Positions 25,125 through 33,423 of a stretch of 64,000 bases of DNA are shown here, one piece after another. The notes under the pieces were generated by a model. The model saw nothing but the letters and a program-made list of their open reading frames with translations. It had not been told where the DNA came from and did no database searches. Source of the DNA: Vicinamibacterales bacterium (GTDB lineage: Bacteria > Acidobacteriota > Vicinamibacteria > Vicinamibacterales > UBA8438); NCBI GenBank assembly GCA_965237405.1, contig OZ250139.1, forward strand, positions 2,949,661-3,013,660, in the 5' to 3' direction. The number at the start of each line of letters is the position of its first letter. The stretch's first letter is position 1. The position numbers and the translations under genes are program-made.

Positions 25125-26768
25125 ATGAACGTGCGACGGTCGGTCGATCGACGGATGTTTTTGGCCGGTACGGCTGGAGCCATGGCCGGGTCGTTCTTTA
25201 ACCGATTTCCGCTGGAGGCGATGGTCGAACAGGGCGCCCCCCCGCCCGTTCAAGGATGGGACGCCGGCCTGATTCGGCATTTGCTTCCGACCGTAAGTGA
25301 GTCACGCATCCTGTTGAAGGTGTCGTTTGATCGACCGTTGTCGGCGCCGCCGACGTTGCGGGTGGATAGCACAGAGGTTACGGGACGTATGAACGACACG
25401 CTTGGGGAGTACTGGCAGTTCTACGCCGCTGACCTCGAGCCTGATCGACGGTATTCGCTGTCGCTCGTTGGCGGCAATGGTCGATCACTCTGCGAGCCAT
25501 GGGATTTGTCGACGTTTCCGTCGCCAAATGCGCGCCCCGAGCGCTTTCGGGTACTTTTCTTTACTTGTGCTGGAGGCACCAGTGGAACGTATGAAGGCAT
25601 TGGGCGGCGGTCTGGATTCCTACCGACCGAGATTCGGAATCGGTTGCTGCGACGTGCACTGTCGTTCGAGCCGGATGCGGCGGTCGCGAATGGTGATCAC
25701 ATCTACTGGGATCTTCACACCTGGCTCGGGGACAACCCCGGTGAACTCAGCGCCGCCGCGCGGACTTCAAACTTTGATTTCTCGGCCACGGTTTTCGGTC
25801 ACAGCAACGAAACTGCGATGAAAGCGGCGGCGGGGCCGCAGATTATACCGGTATACGGGTCAGACTTTCGCTCGACTCCGGTGTTCTTTCTACAGGATGA
25901 CCACGACCACTTTGACAACGATTCATTAACCGATGAAGTTTCAAGTTTCCCGATTCCATGGTTCCAGATTCAGCTGGCCCGTGCGACCCAGCAGTTGTAC
26001 TATCCGGAGTTTCTGCCCGATGGACCTCGGCCAGCCGGGCTTCCCTGGTCGTCCATGAGCGATCGTGGCGATCTTTCTGAGAGCTTCGGCACGATCCGGT
26101 ACGGAAATCTCGCCGAGGTCCTGCTCTATGACGTGCGGCGAACCATGACGCTGGCTGGGCCGCATGCGCTCTTCGTGGATGCGCAGGTGGAGCAGTGGCT
26201 CGTTGATCGCACGCATTCGACTGACACGCGGCATCTGGTTCATGCCCCATCGAATCCCTGGGGATGGAGCGCGGGGAAGTGGGGTGAGTGGTATCCTGAC
26301 ATCCTCGATCGCGATGCTGGCAAGTTGACCACGGCTGTCATCAAGCCGTACTGGCAGGAAGGATGGTTGAAGCAACACGACCGGCTGGCGCAGGCATTTG
26401 GTGAGAATGCCGAGCGCGCTGGGATTGTCGTCAGCGGTGATCTCCACGCTATCGGCGTCGGGCGCATGCATCGCACGGGTCGAGTCAACTTGGCAGGTCG
26501 GCCAATTACCACCGTACTGAGCGGTCCGATTGGAACTTCCCCAACGGGCTTTCCTTCGGGTGTTCGTGGTGTGGGTGCGACGCCTCCTAATCACATCGAT
26601 CTGGAAGAGTCGATGGCTCCTATTGAGGACCACGGCTTCACGTTGGCCGATTTTCTGCCTGACCGGATCGTGCTGCGGCAATTCAGGTGGGATGCTGAAC
26701 GTCAACCACTTGAGGCGATTGACCGGCTAGAGGCCTTCTACACCACGGAGCTAAACGTTTCTGAGTGA
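25125..26768 (+). CDS. TAT-exported PhoD-like metallophosphatase
   Basis: RRMFLAGTAGAMAG leader. It has NGDHIYWD, FLQDDHDHFDND and SGDLHAIGV, resembling the PhoD GDxIY / DDH / GDxH motifs. AAGGAG precedes the ATG. Confidence 0.55.
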   Translation: MNVRRSVDRRMFLAGTAGAMAGSFFNRFPLEAMVEQGAPPPVQGWDAGLIRHLLPTVSESRILLKVSFDRPLSAPPTLRVDSTEVTGRMNDTLGEYWQFYAADLEPDRRYSLSLVGGNGRSLCEPWDLSTFPSPNARPERFRVLFFTCAGGTSGTYEGIGRRSGFLPTEIRNRLLRRALSFEPDAAVANGDHIYWDLHTWLGDNPGELSAAARTSNFDFSATVFGHSNETAMKAAAGPQIIPVYGSDFRSTPVFFLQDDHDHFDNDSLTDEVSSFPIPWFQIQLARATQQLYYPEFLPDGPRPAGLPWSSMSDRGDLSESFGTIRYGNLAEVLLYDVRRTMTLAGPHALFVDAQVEQWLVDRTHSTDTRHLVHAPSNPWGWSAGKWGEWYPDILDRDAGKLTTAVIKPYWQEGWLKQHDRLAQAFGENAERAGIVVSGDLHAIGVGRMHRTGRVNLAGRPITTVLSGPIGTSPTGFPSGVRGVGATPPNHIDLEESMAPIEDHGFTLADFLPDRIVLRQFRWDAERQPLEAIDRLEAFYTTELNVSE

Positions 26769-26965
26769 GGTTGATCGTGACGCCGCGTACTCGGGTGTCA
26801 GGTGTCGGGTTGCCCGAGTTCACCTGTCAGTTCGCCACTGGCTCGTGACGAGTTATTAGGTCAACGACTGTACCGAAAACGGTCCGAACGCCCAACATGA
26901 TGTGAGCATTCTTGGGCATAATGTCCGGAACATTGACACCGAGGACGAAATCCTGGAGTAAGACG

Positions 26966-27961
26966 ATGACACTCAGGTCCACCCAATCGACCGCATGGCT
27001 CGGCGTAATCGTTACCCTCGCCCTCTTGGCTGCTGTTACCACTGCGATCGTGAAGACACAGGAGGCGCGGACGCCGAGGAACGTTGAGGAGTTCGACGCG
27101 ATGTTTCGGGAGCTCAACAACTGGGGTCGCTGGGGTGCCGATGACGAGCTGGGAACCATGAATTTGATCTCGGAAGAGAAGATTCGTGAGGCGGCCGCGC
27201 TCGTCCGTCGCGGAATTACGATATCCCTGGCGCATAATCCAATGGTGGACGAAGCTGTGGACAACCCGGACTCTGCGTTCAACCACACGATGGGTCAGAG
27301 CCTGCGCAGTGATACTTACGAGTTTACGTATCACGGCTACGGCGTGAGTCACATCGATTCACTTTGCCACTTCCTTTGGAATGACCGACTCTACAACGAC
27401 ACCATGCCGTCGGTGAGCACGCCGGATGGGTGCGGTAAGCTCGGCATCGAGAACCTGAAGCAGGGTATCGTGACGCGCGGTATCCTGCTCGACTTTCCGC
27501 GCCTTAAGGGTCTGCCTTACTTGGAACCCCAAACACCTATCTACATTGAGGACATCGAAGCGTGGGAGCGGCAGGCTGGCGTGACGGTATCGTCGGGCGA
27601 TGTTATCTTCGTTCGGACTGGCCGGTGGGCACGTCGCGCTGCCCTTGGGCCGTGGCAAATATCGGGAAACAGTGCTGGGTTGCACGCGTCGGTGTTGCCG
27701 TGGATCAAAGTGCGCGGCGTCGCGTTCGTCGGGAGCGACGCGGCAACCGATGTAATGCCGTCATTGGTGGAAGGCATTACGCAGCCGGTTCATACGATGT
27801 TAATCGCCGGCTTCGGCACGAACATCTTCGATAATATGGATCTTGAGGCGCTTGCAGAGACGGCCGCTCGCGAAAACCGTTGGGAGTTCATGCTGACCGC
27901 CGGTCCGATTCCGGTCGAGGGCGGCACGGGATCACCTCTCAATCCGATTGCTGTGTTCTAA
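26966..27961 (+). CDS. secreted cyclase-family protein (kynurenine formamidase-like fold)
   Basis: Signal peptide from the internal ATG. NNWGRWGADDELGTMN, HGYGVSHIDSLCH (HxGxHxDxxxH-like) and GVAFVGSDAAT. Confidence 0.7.
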   Translation: MTLRSTQSTAWLGVIVTLALLAAVTTAIVKTQEARTPRNVEEFDAMFRELNNWGRWGADDELGTMNLISEEKIREAAALVRRGITISLAHNPMVDEAVDNPDSAFNHTMGQSLRSDTYEFTYHGYGVSHIDSLCHFLWNDRLYNDTMPSVSTPDGCGKLGIENLKQGIVTRGILLDFPRLKGLPYLEPQTPIYIEDIEAWERQAGVTVSSGDVIFVRTGRWARRAALGPWQISGNSAGLHASVLPWIKVRGVAFVGSDAATDVMPSLVEGITQPVHTMLIAGFGTNIFDNMDLEALAETAARENRWEFMLTAGPIPVEGGTGSPLNPIAVF

Positions 27962-28552
27962 GACTGAGTCAAAGGACGGCTGGCGTTCGCGTGGTCAGGC
28001 GACGTTACCTCAGGCAGACATGGCAGTGACCTTTTCGGTCGGCTCTTTTGTCAGTGCCGGTTCATCGATCGTGGGGAAACCTGAGGACCAGTCGCGTACC
28101 TAACGAGCGCTAGTGGTTGGAGCGGTCAGGCTCGTAGACCAAAGGTCTCGCTTGTTTGATCACTAGTCCTCCCTTTGGCCGTGACCTTGAACTCGATCTC
28201 TATCGCGAATTGATCGCGTAACGACGCTCTGCACATTTCTCGAAAGCTCTTGTGGATCGTGTCGAGGTAGCCTCGTAGCATCGTCACGATGCTCATCGCT
28301 CAGAACCGCCTCGCCGTAGGCGACCCGGTTTGAGCCCCGGACAAATCGATCACCCGAGGTTGCGGCCGCGCTGACGTCGGCTAGGCCTACGGGATCGAAG
28401 AACCTGAGGCCCGATCGAGCCAGATCCGAGGCGGTCACGATCCGACATGCCTGAGTATCCATGGATACCAGCCCTAAGGACTCCTGAAGGAGGAAAAGTG
28501 TTTCCTTCGAAGACCTAAGATATTACTGTCACCATCTCCTTGCGGCCGGGAT

Positions 28553-30388
28553 TTAGTCTCGGTCCGGCAGGCCGAAAACGAACAGGTTGTTCCCGAAGCT
28601 CGGGTGGAGTTCGGGCGTCAGACGAAGCTTGATCGAGGCGCCGCTGCCGGTGCTGATCGCCACATACTGACGGCCGTCGACGGCATAGCTGATCGGAAAG
28701 CCGGTGACCGGAGAGCCAAGGTTGACCTCCCACAGCACTTCGCCTGTCTCATGGTCGAATGCTCGGAACCGTCCATTTACGTCGCCCCCGAAGACGAGCC
28801 CGCCGCCGGTGGTCACGAGCGACATGGTGGCGGCCCGCTGTTCGTGGAGCCATGACGTCTCGCCCGTCTCGACCGAAATCGCGCGAACGGTCCCAAGCTG
28901 ATCAGTGCCGGGGGCGATCTGATGGCGTGCCGCGAGCGCGTAGATTTCAAGCGGAGGCTGTCCGCCGGCGGTCAGCGCCTGCTCCCGCTCACCCTCGACG
29001 TTTGCCGTGGACAGCATGCGCGCACAGGTGTTGCGCAGCGAAAAGTACATCATGTTGGTCAGCGGGCTGTAGGCGCCAGCTTCCCAGTCTTTCCCTCCGT
29101 CCCACGTGGGGCAAACGAGCACTTCCTGACCCAACCCGGTGAAGACGACCTCCCTGTTTTCGGTTACCGCGCCAGTGGCGCCATCGATATGGTTAATGAC
29201 GTTTTGCGTGATCGTCGGAGTCGCCCAGAGAAACTCACCCGTTTCGCGGTCGAGCGTATAGACCACGCCGGTCTTGCCCGGAATGCCGGTGATCACCCTT
29301 CGGACTTCGCCCGGCTGAATCCTTGGGTTGATCCAGCTCACGACGTCGGGATTCGGCGCAACGGTTGTATCGACGAGAATGCGTTCGAAGGGATGGTCCA
29401 GGTCCCAGTGATCGTTCAGGTGCTGGTAGTACCACCGGATCTCGCCCGTGTCGGCATCCAGGGCAAGCGTGCAGTTGTGGTACAGGTGTTTCAAGTCGGT
29501 ACCGCCGAGTAAGAACTTCGGCGCCGGCGATGTCACCGACGTGCCGATGTAGATCAAGTTCAGCTCGGGGTCATAGCTTGGCACCATCCAGGTACCGACG
29601 TGCTTCCGGTCTTCAAACGGTACGCTACCCCAGGTTTCGTTGCCCGGTTCGCCAGGAGCTGGAATCGTGTGCCGACGCCACAACTCGACACCGGTTCGCG
29701 TGTCGTGAGCGGTGATAACGCACGTCTCCGGACCGCCCTTGGGCAAGCAGCCGCGCCCTGAGATCACTTTTCCGTTGGCGATGATCGGGCCTGACGTTTG
29801 ATGGGCCGGGTTCACTCTGTAGTCAAGGATCTCGGTTTCCCAGGCGAGGCGGCCAGAAGTCGCGTCGAGCGCGAAGATGTAGTCGTCGGCACTCGTGTCG
29901 ATGATGAGGTTTCCGTAGATGGCGATGTTGCGGTTGACGTCCATCAAGCCGGCCAGAAGGAACTCACCGGCGTCATCCGGCCACTGTCGGCGGTACTCCC
30001 ACTTGAGGTCACCGCTAACTGCGTCGAGTGCCTGGATGACGTCCTTCGGGTTTGGCATATACATGACTCCGTCGTGCACCAGCGGCGTCCCCTGTTGGCT
30101 ACCAGGTCCCAGTGCCCGAGACCAAAACAGCCGCAGCGCGCCGACGTTATCGCGATCGATCTGGTTCAGCGGGCTGTAACCCCAGCCGTCGAGCGTACGG
30201 CGCCACATCAGCCAGTCCCCTGGTGCCGGCTCCTGGATCATCGCGTCGGTAACGGAAACGAACTCGTCTGGGGACTGGGCATAGATGACGTTTTGTCCCA
30301 GTGCGACTGCCACCATCACGATCGTGGCGACTCGGACGTACGGTGCAACGAAGCACGATCTACACATCTTAAGACTCCTCACGCTCAA
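28553..30388 (-). CDS. PQQ-dependent (quinoprotein) dehydrogenase-type 8-bladed beta-propeller, paralogue 1
   Basis: VTDAMIQEPAPGDWLMWRRTLDGWGYSPLNQIDRDNVGALRLFW, HLNDHWDLDHP and repeated propeller W-motifs. It is about 75% identical to 46321-48129. Confidence 0.8.
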   Translation of the reverse strand: MSVRSLKMCRSCFVAPYVRVATIVMVAVALGQNVIYAQSPDEFVSVTDAMIQEPAPGDWLMWRRTLDGWGYSPLNQIDRDNVGALRLFWSRALGPGSQQGTPLVHDGVMYMPNPKDVIQALDAVSGDLKWEYRRQWPDDAGEFLLAGLMDVNRNIAIYGNLIIDTSADDYIFALDATSGRLAWETEILDYRVNPAHQTSGPIIANGKVISGRGCLPKGGPETCVITAHDTRTGVELWRRHTIPAPGEPGNETWGSVPFEDRKHVGTWMVPSYDPELNLIYIGTSVTSPAPKFLLGGTDLKHLYHNCTLALDADTGEIRWYYQHLNDHWDLDHPFERILVDTTVAPNPDVVSWINPRIQPGEVRRVITGIPGKTGVVYTLDRETGEFLWATPTITQNVINHIDGATGAVTENREVVFTGLGQEVLVCPTWDGGKDWEAGAYSPLTNMMYFSLRNTCARMLSTANVEGEREQALTAGGQPPLEIYALAARHQIAPGTDQLGTVRAISVETGETSWLHEQRAATMSLVTTGGGLVFGGDVNGRFRAFDHETGEVLWEVNLGSPVTGFPISYAVDGRQYVAISTGSGASIKLRLTPELHPSFGNNLFVFGLPDRD

Positions 30389-30607
30389 CCTTACCCTGCA
30401 GCAAACAGCAGCAGTGATGTGAATAGTTTGCCAGCTCCGATAGCGGAATCTGTTCGGAAAAAGCTACCGTGGTCACGGTAATCACCGTCATGAAGAAGGC
30501 ATCCCACCAGGACACCCCTCAATTAGACGGTAGCCCACGGTGCCGACGGCGAAAATCGCTACGACCAGGATGAAAGCGCGTTGAACCGTGTTTCGTTCAC
30601 GCCGCAT
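30369..30607 (-). pseudogene. N-terminal remnant of a K+ channel (frameshifted, degenerate filter)
   Basis: MRRERNTVQRAFILVVAIFAVGTVGYRLIEG, then a frame change, then WWDAFFMTVITVTTVAFSEQIPLSELANY. The expected filter is TTVGFGE/TVGYGD. It runs into the start of the PQQ gene. Confidence 0.45.
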
Positions 30608-30896
30608 GCTCTATTCGTGCCGACACGTCCAGGCGCACCGTATGATCAGCCCTAAGCATAGGGCGGACCGAACCGGACAGGTACGTTTACCCGCTAAAAA
30701 CATCGTCATCCGAGGGGGTCATCGACTCAGCGCTTGGTCAGATTGAGTACCGGTAAGATCGTTGTCGCCACGCTAAACGTCGTGACCCAATCGGCGACTT
30801 CGACTGCCACGTCTAGGAGACGAGCGCCCAGACGGGGCAGCCATCGTTATTGGGGTATAGGGGCCGCCCTGTAACCAATCTAGTGGGGAGGCCGCG

Positions 30897-31166
30897 TTGA
30901 CGACAATCGTCTCAGTTCCTTACCGTTCCCTGACCCTCCTGACGCTGATGGCGTGCGTGTGGCTCACGGCGTTGCCAGCTTTGTCGCAGGACGGTGGATG
31001 GAGTCATTGGGGCTCGGCTGCGGGGAGTACCCGGTACACGCCGCTCGAACAGATCGACGCTGAGAACTTCCAGGAGCTGGCGGTTGCATGGGTCTGGCGC
31101 GGCGACAACTTTGGGCCGAGTGCAGACAATATCTTGCGGTCGACCCCGATCTTCGGTATGCGGTAA
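30897..31166 (+). pseudogene. N-terminal 89-codon fragment of a PQQ-dependent dehydrogenase
   Basis: Signal peptide plus GGWSHWGSAAGSTRYTPLEQIDAENFQELAVAWVWRG...STPIF, then a stop. The pattern matches the N-terminus of 44158-46167. The NHL gene starts 25 nt later. Confidence 0.6.
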
Positions 31167-31190
31167 ACTTTCCCGACAAGGGAGGCCTGA

Positions 31191-32324
31191 ATGTTTGGGA
31201 CTAGATTTTTCGGTTGTATTTCTTTGGCGCTTGTTTTCGGTCTAACGATGGGGTGCAGTTCTGGAGGCTCAATGGCTGAGTCCGAGTCCGGCTCAATGCC
31301 CGCTGCGGACGTGCTACAGCCTATTCCTGGCGTTGATATCGACCGCGACACGGCTGTCGGACAGGTCGTAGACGGGCAGGGCAGGCTGGGTTGGTATCCC
31401 CACGAAGGTAGTCTGATGGAGTATCGCGTTGCCATCCGCTTTGGGCTAGAGCCAAACACCATGCCCGAAGGTTGGCACTTTGGGCGTGTTTCGGCGGTGG
31501 CTACTGATTCCAACGGTCAGGTCTTCGTGTTCCAGCGGGGAGAAGTGGCCGATCCTATTATTGTTTTTGATTCCGAGGGACAATACCTGCGTTCCTGGGG
31601 CAAGGAGATGGGTGCCTCGATGTTTGGCAACGAGCATGGTCTGCGCGTTGACCGGCACGACAATGTCTGGATCACGGACAACGGCAACCATCAGGTCATG
31701 AAATTCAGCAATGATGGTGAATTATTGATGACGTTGGGTATCAAGGGCGAGGCCGGCACCACTGATGAGACCTTCGACCGCCCGGCAGATATTTCCTTCG
31801 GGCCGAACGATGAGCTCTATGTGGCAGACGGTTATGGAAACAGTCGGGTGGTGAAGTACTCCCCTGACGGCGAGTTCGTCACAACCTGGGGCACTCCTGG
31901 CACAGGCCCGAGTGAGTTCGACCTCGTGCACTCGGTGGCGGTGGACTCACAGGGCCGCGTTTATGCCAGTGATCGCGAGAACAACCGGATCCAGATTTTC
32001 GACGAAAACGGTGAATTCCTGAAGATGTGGACCCACCTCGGTGCGACGCAGAACATCTTTATCACGCCCGATGACAAGGTTTGGGTCATCACGCACCGCG
32101 ACAACGTCGAGAACATCACGTACGACACGCTGGCCGGCCGGATCATGAACATTGATATGGACACGGGAGAGGTCGTGGGTGCCATGGAGAGTCCTGGACA
32201 CTGGTTGAACGTGAGCCAATATGGGTCCGGTGAAATCTTCATCGGTAGCCTTACCGGTAATGTTTTCCGGTGGTATCCAGATTGGATGGAGACTGCAGAA
32301 GCAGCGCAGGCCGAACGACCCTAA
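31191..32324 (+). CDS. NHL-repeat six-bladed propeller lipoprotein (peptidylglycine amidating lyase-like)
   Basis: Lipobox LTMGC. Repeated blocks are VWITDNGNHQVMKFSNDGELL, LYVADGYGNSRVVKYSPDGEFV and VYASDRENNRIQIFDENGEFL. Confidence 0.8.
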   Translation: MFGTRFFGCISLALVFGLTMGCSSGGSMAESESGSMPAADVLQPIPGVDIDRDTAVGQVVDGQGRLGWYPHEGSLMEYRVAIRFGLEPNTMPEGWHFGRVSAVATDSNGQVFVFQRGEVADPIIVFDSEGQYLRSWGKEMGASMFGNEHGLRVDRHDNVWITDNGNHQVMKFSNDGELLMTLGIKGEAGTTDETFDRPADISFGPNDELYVADGYGNSRVVKYSPDGEFVTTWGTPGTGPSEFDLVHSVAVDSQGRVYASDRENNRIQIFDENGEFLKMWTHLGATQNIFITPDDKVWVITHRDNVENITYDTLAGRIMNIDMDTGEVVGAMESPGHWLNVSQYGSGEIFIGSLTGNVFRWYPDWMETAEAAQAERP

Positions 32325-32419
32325 ACTCAGGTGAACGGCGTCAAATTGGGTGTGAAAAAAATCAGCGGCGCGTGAGTGCGTTTCGTTTGGTCGTGTGCAG
32401 AGGGCGGTCAGAGAACGAA

Positions 32420-33292
32420 CTAGGCGGGCGGCTGAAATGCCGACTCCGGGTCGTCACCAACTAGCCGTTTAACCACCTCGAGGTCGGCGTCGGCGCGCTT
32501 CCAGTCGCCTTGCTTTTGGTACGCTGCAGCACGGTTGTAATAGGCCAATGGATAGTCTTCTACGAGGTTGATCGCCAGCGTGTAGTCGGCGATCGCCTCG
32601 TCGAGTTGGCTTAGGCGTTCATAGACGACCCCACGATTGACATACGAGCTGGCCGAGTGGGGCTGTAGTTTGATGAGCCGGTTAAGGTCGTCAAGCGCGA
32701 GGTGATAGTCGCCAAGTGCTTCATACAATGCTCCTCGATTGCCGAGGACATCGACAGCCATCGGCGATAGATCAAGCGCTGCGTTGTAGTCGTCCAACGC
32801 CTTCCTCGGTTCGTCCAGTAATTCGTGTGCGATTCCGCGGTATCGATAGTGTTCGACCCGGTTGGGGTTGATCCGAATAGCCTCGTGGAAATCAGCCAGC
32901 GCGTCGGTCAACTGGTTCAGCTGTGCTCGCGCGATGCCGCGCATCTGGTGAGCCATGTCGAGGCTGCCATCGAGCCGAAGAGCGGTGGTCAGGTCCTTGA
33001 TCGCCGGTTCAAGCTCGTCCAGTTGGAGATAGGCACTCCCCCGATGGAGATAGACCTCGGCGTTCTCAGGGTCGCTCGCAATGGCTGCCGCGAAGTGCCG
33101 AATTGCCTGCTTGGGGTCGCCGGAACTGACATGTGCACGCCCGTTGGCGAACTCGTCGAACTGATCGAGTAGGTCGATGGCGCTAGGGGGATCGGGTTCC
33201 TCTAGCGCGGGCGGCACCGGTGCGTCGCCACTGCAACTCGCAAAGGCGACCGGAATGAAAGCGCCCAACCACTTCCCGCCGCGCCTCTTCAT
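32420..33292 (-). CDS. TPR-repeat lipoprotein
   Basis: Lipobox AFASC and about 7 TPR units (A..Y..RG.AY..L......A..D...AL.L.P pattern). Confidence 0.8.
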   Translation of the reverse strand: MKRRGGKWLGAFIPVAFASCSGDAPVPPALEEPDPPSAIDLLDQFDEFANGRAHVSSGDPKQAIRHFAAAIASDPENAEVYLHRGSAYLQLDELEPAIKDLTTALRLDGSLDMAHQMRGIARAQLNQLTDALADFHEAIRINPNRVEHYRYRGIAHELLDEPRKALDDYNAALDLSPMAVDVLGNRGALYEALGDYHLALDDLNRLIKLQPHSASSYVNRGVVYERLSQLDEAIADYTLAINLVEDYPLAYYNRAAAYQKQGDWKRADADLEVVKRLVGDDPESAFQPPA

Positions 33293-33358
33293 GGCCGGTT
33301 ATCCATCGGTCGAAGGTATGCTAGTATCGTGGCTAATTAACTTTAAGATCCAGAAGGC

Positions 33359-33373
33359 GTGTCATCCTGACAC
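33359..33373. promoter_or_regulatory. perfect palindrome GTGTCA-TCC-TGACAC in a divergent intergenic region (possible operator)
   Basis: 6-bp arms with a 3-nt spacer, 51 nt upstream of the CRTAC1 gene start and 67 nt upstream of the divergent TPR gene. Confidence 0.25.
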
Positions 33374-33423
33374 ACCATCAGTTACTCAGACAGCCCAGCT
33401 GCTATAGCTCTAAAGGACACTAA

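Noticed and set aside
25941-26705. Long antisense ORFs inside other supported genes (25941-26705, 51060-51941, 53984-54550, 54566-55066, 57517-58215, 59001-59666, 49515-50141)
   Set aside because: All lie opposite genes with strong motif support and have the skewed Arg/Pro/Gly composition of GC-rich non-coding frames.
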